From Camelus ferus (Eukaryota), in NCBI RefSeq assembly GCF_009834535.1, contig NC_045696.1, forward strand, positions 103,542,001-103,606,000: a stretch of DNA of 64,000 nucleotides, written 5' to 3'. Below the pieces are notes generated by a model that was given only the letters and a program-made list of their open reading frames with translations, was not told the DNA's origin and did not search any database. A program made the position numbers and the translations under genes. Each line of letters opens with the position of its first letter. Positions within the stretch are counted from its first letter, which is position 1. Positions 63,861-64,000 of the stretch are shown piece after piece.

Positions 63861-64000
63861 CTACTGAGGCCGGAAATCCGTACCCAGGGCGCCAGGCCCC
63901 CCTGCCCTGGGGATGTCCGAGTGGGGAGGGGCTGTGTCGCTGGGGTGGAGGAGAAGCGAACACAATCTCTATGGAGCCCAGGTCCCAGCCTGTCTGGAGT
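63861..64000 (-). promoter_or_regulatory. Candidate non-coding first exon / GC-rich promoter of the LRR gene
   Basis: GC and CpG rise at the window end; ETS motif CCGGAA at 63870-63875. Donor TAG|GTAATG at 63861 could splice to the acceptor tgtcttcag| at 59608, 30 nt before the ATG. Confidence 0.4.

Noticed and set aside
63565..63867. 100-aa plus-strand ORF with a poly-Glu run
   Set aside because: It comes from a GAG/GGA low-complexity tract, has a non-ATG start inside an LTR-like segment, and shows no supporting gene structure.
1..64000. Prokaryotic-type systems (CRISPR arrays, operons, defence islands)
   Set aside because: The sequence is intron- and retroposon-rich mammalian DNA with no repeat-spacer arrays or dense ORF clusters.

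Overview
This is mammalian genomic DNA, very probably from a camelid, because it carries tRNA-Ala-derived Vic-type SINEs. I can reconstruct two protein-coding genes, both on the minus strand. (1) RNF7 (RBX2/SAG) has 3 coding exons (19732-19558, 16033-15986, 14361-14243; 113 aa) and a CpG-island promoter with CRE and CCAAT sites. (2) Upstream of it is a 9-coding-exon gene (59578-22585) that the ORF track shows only as scattered fragments. Joining the exons by hand at GT-AG junctions gives an uninterrupted 416-aa protein with ribonuclease-inhibitor-class leucine-rich repeats and a lysine-rich insert. I recall, but cannot verify here, that the matching human interval between RASA2 and RNF7 holds only a pseudogene/lncRNA, so this may be an intact, uncharacterised gene that was lost in humans. 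A near-perfect CTCF motif sits next to its stop codon, between it and the RNF7 promoter. The rest is ordinary intronic and intergenic sequence with SINE, L1, L2, MIR, MLT/LTR and MER DNA-transposon remnants. Repeat family names and boundaries were recognised by eye and are approximate.
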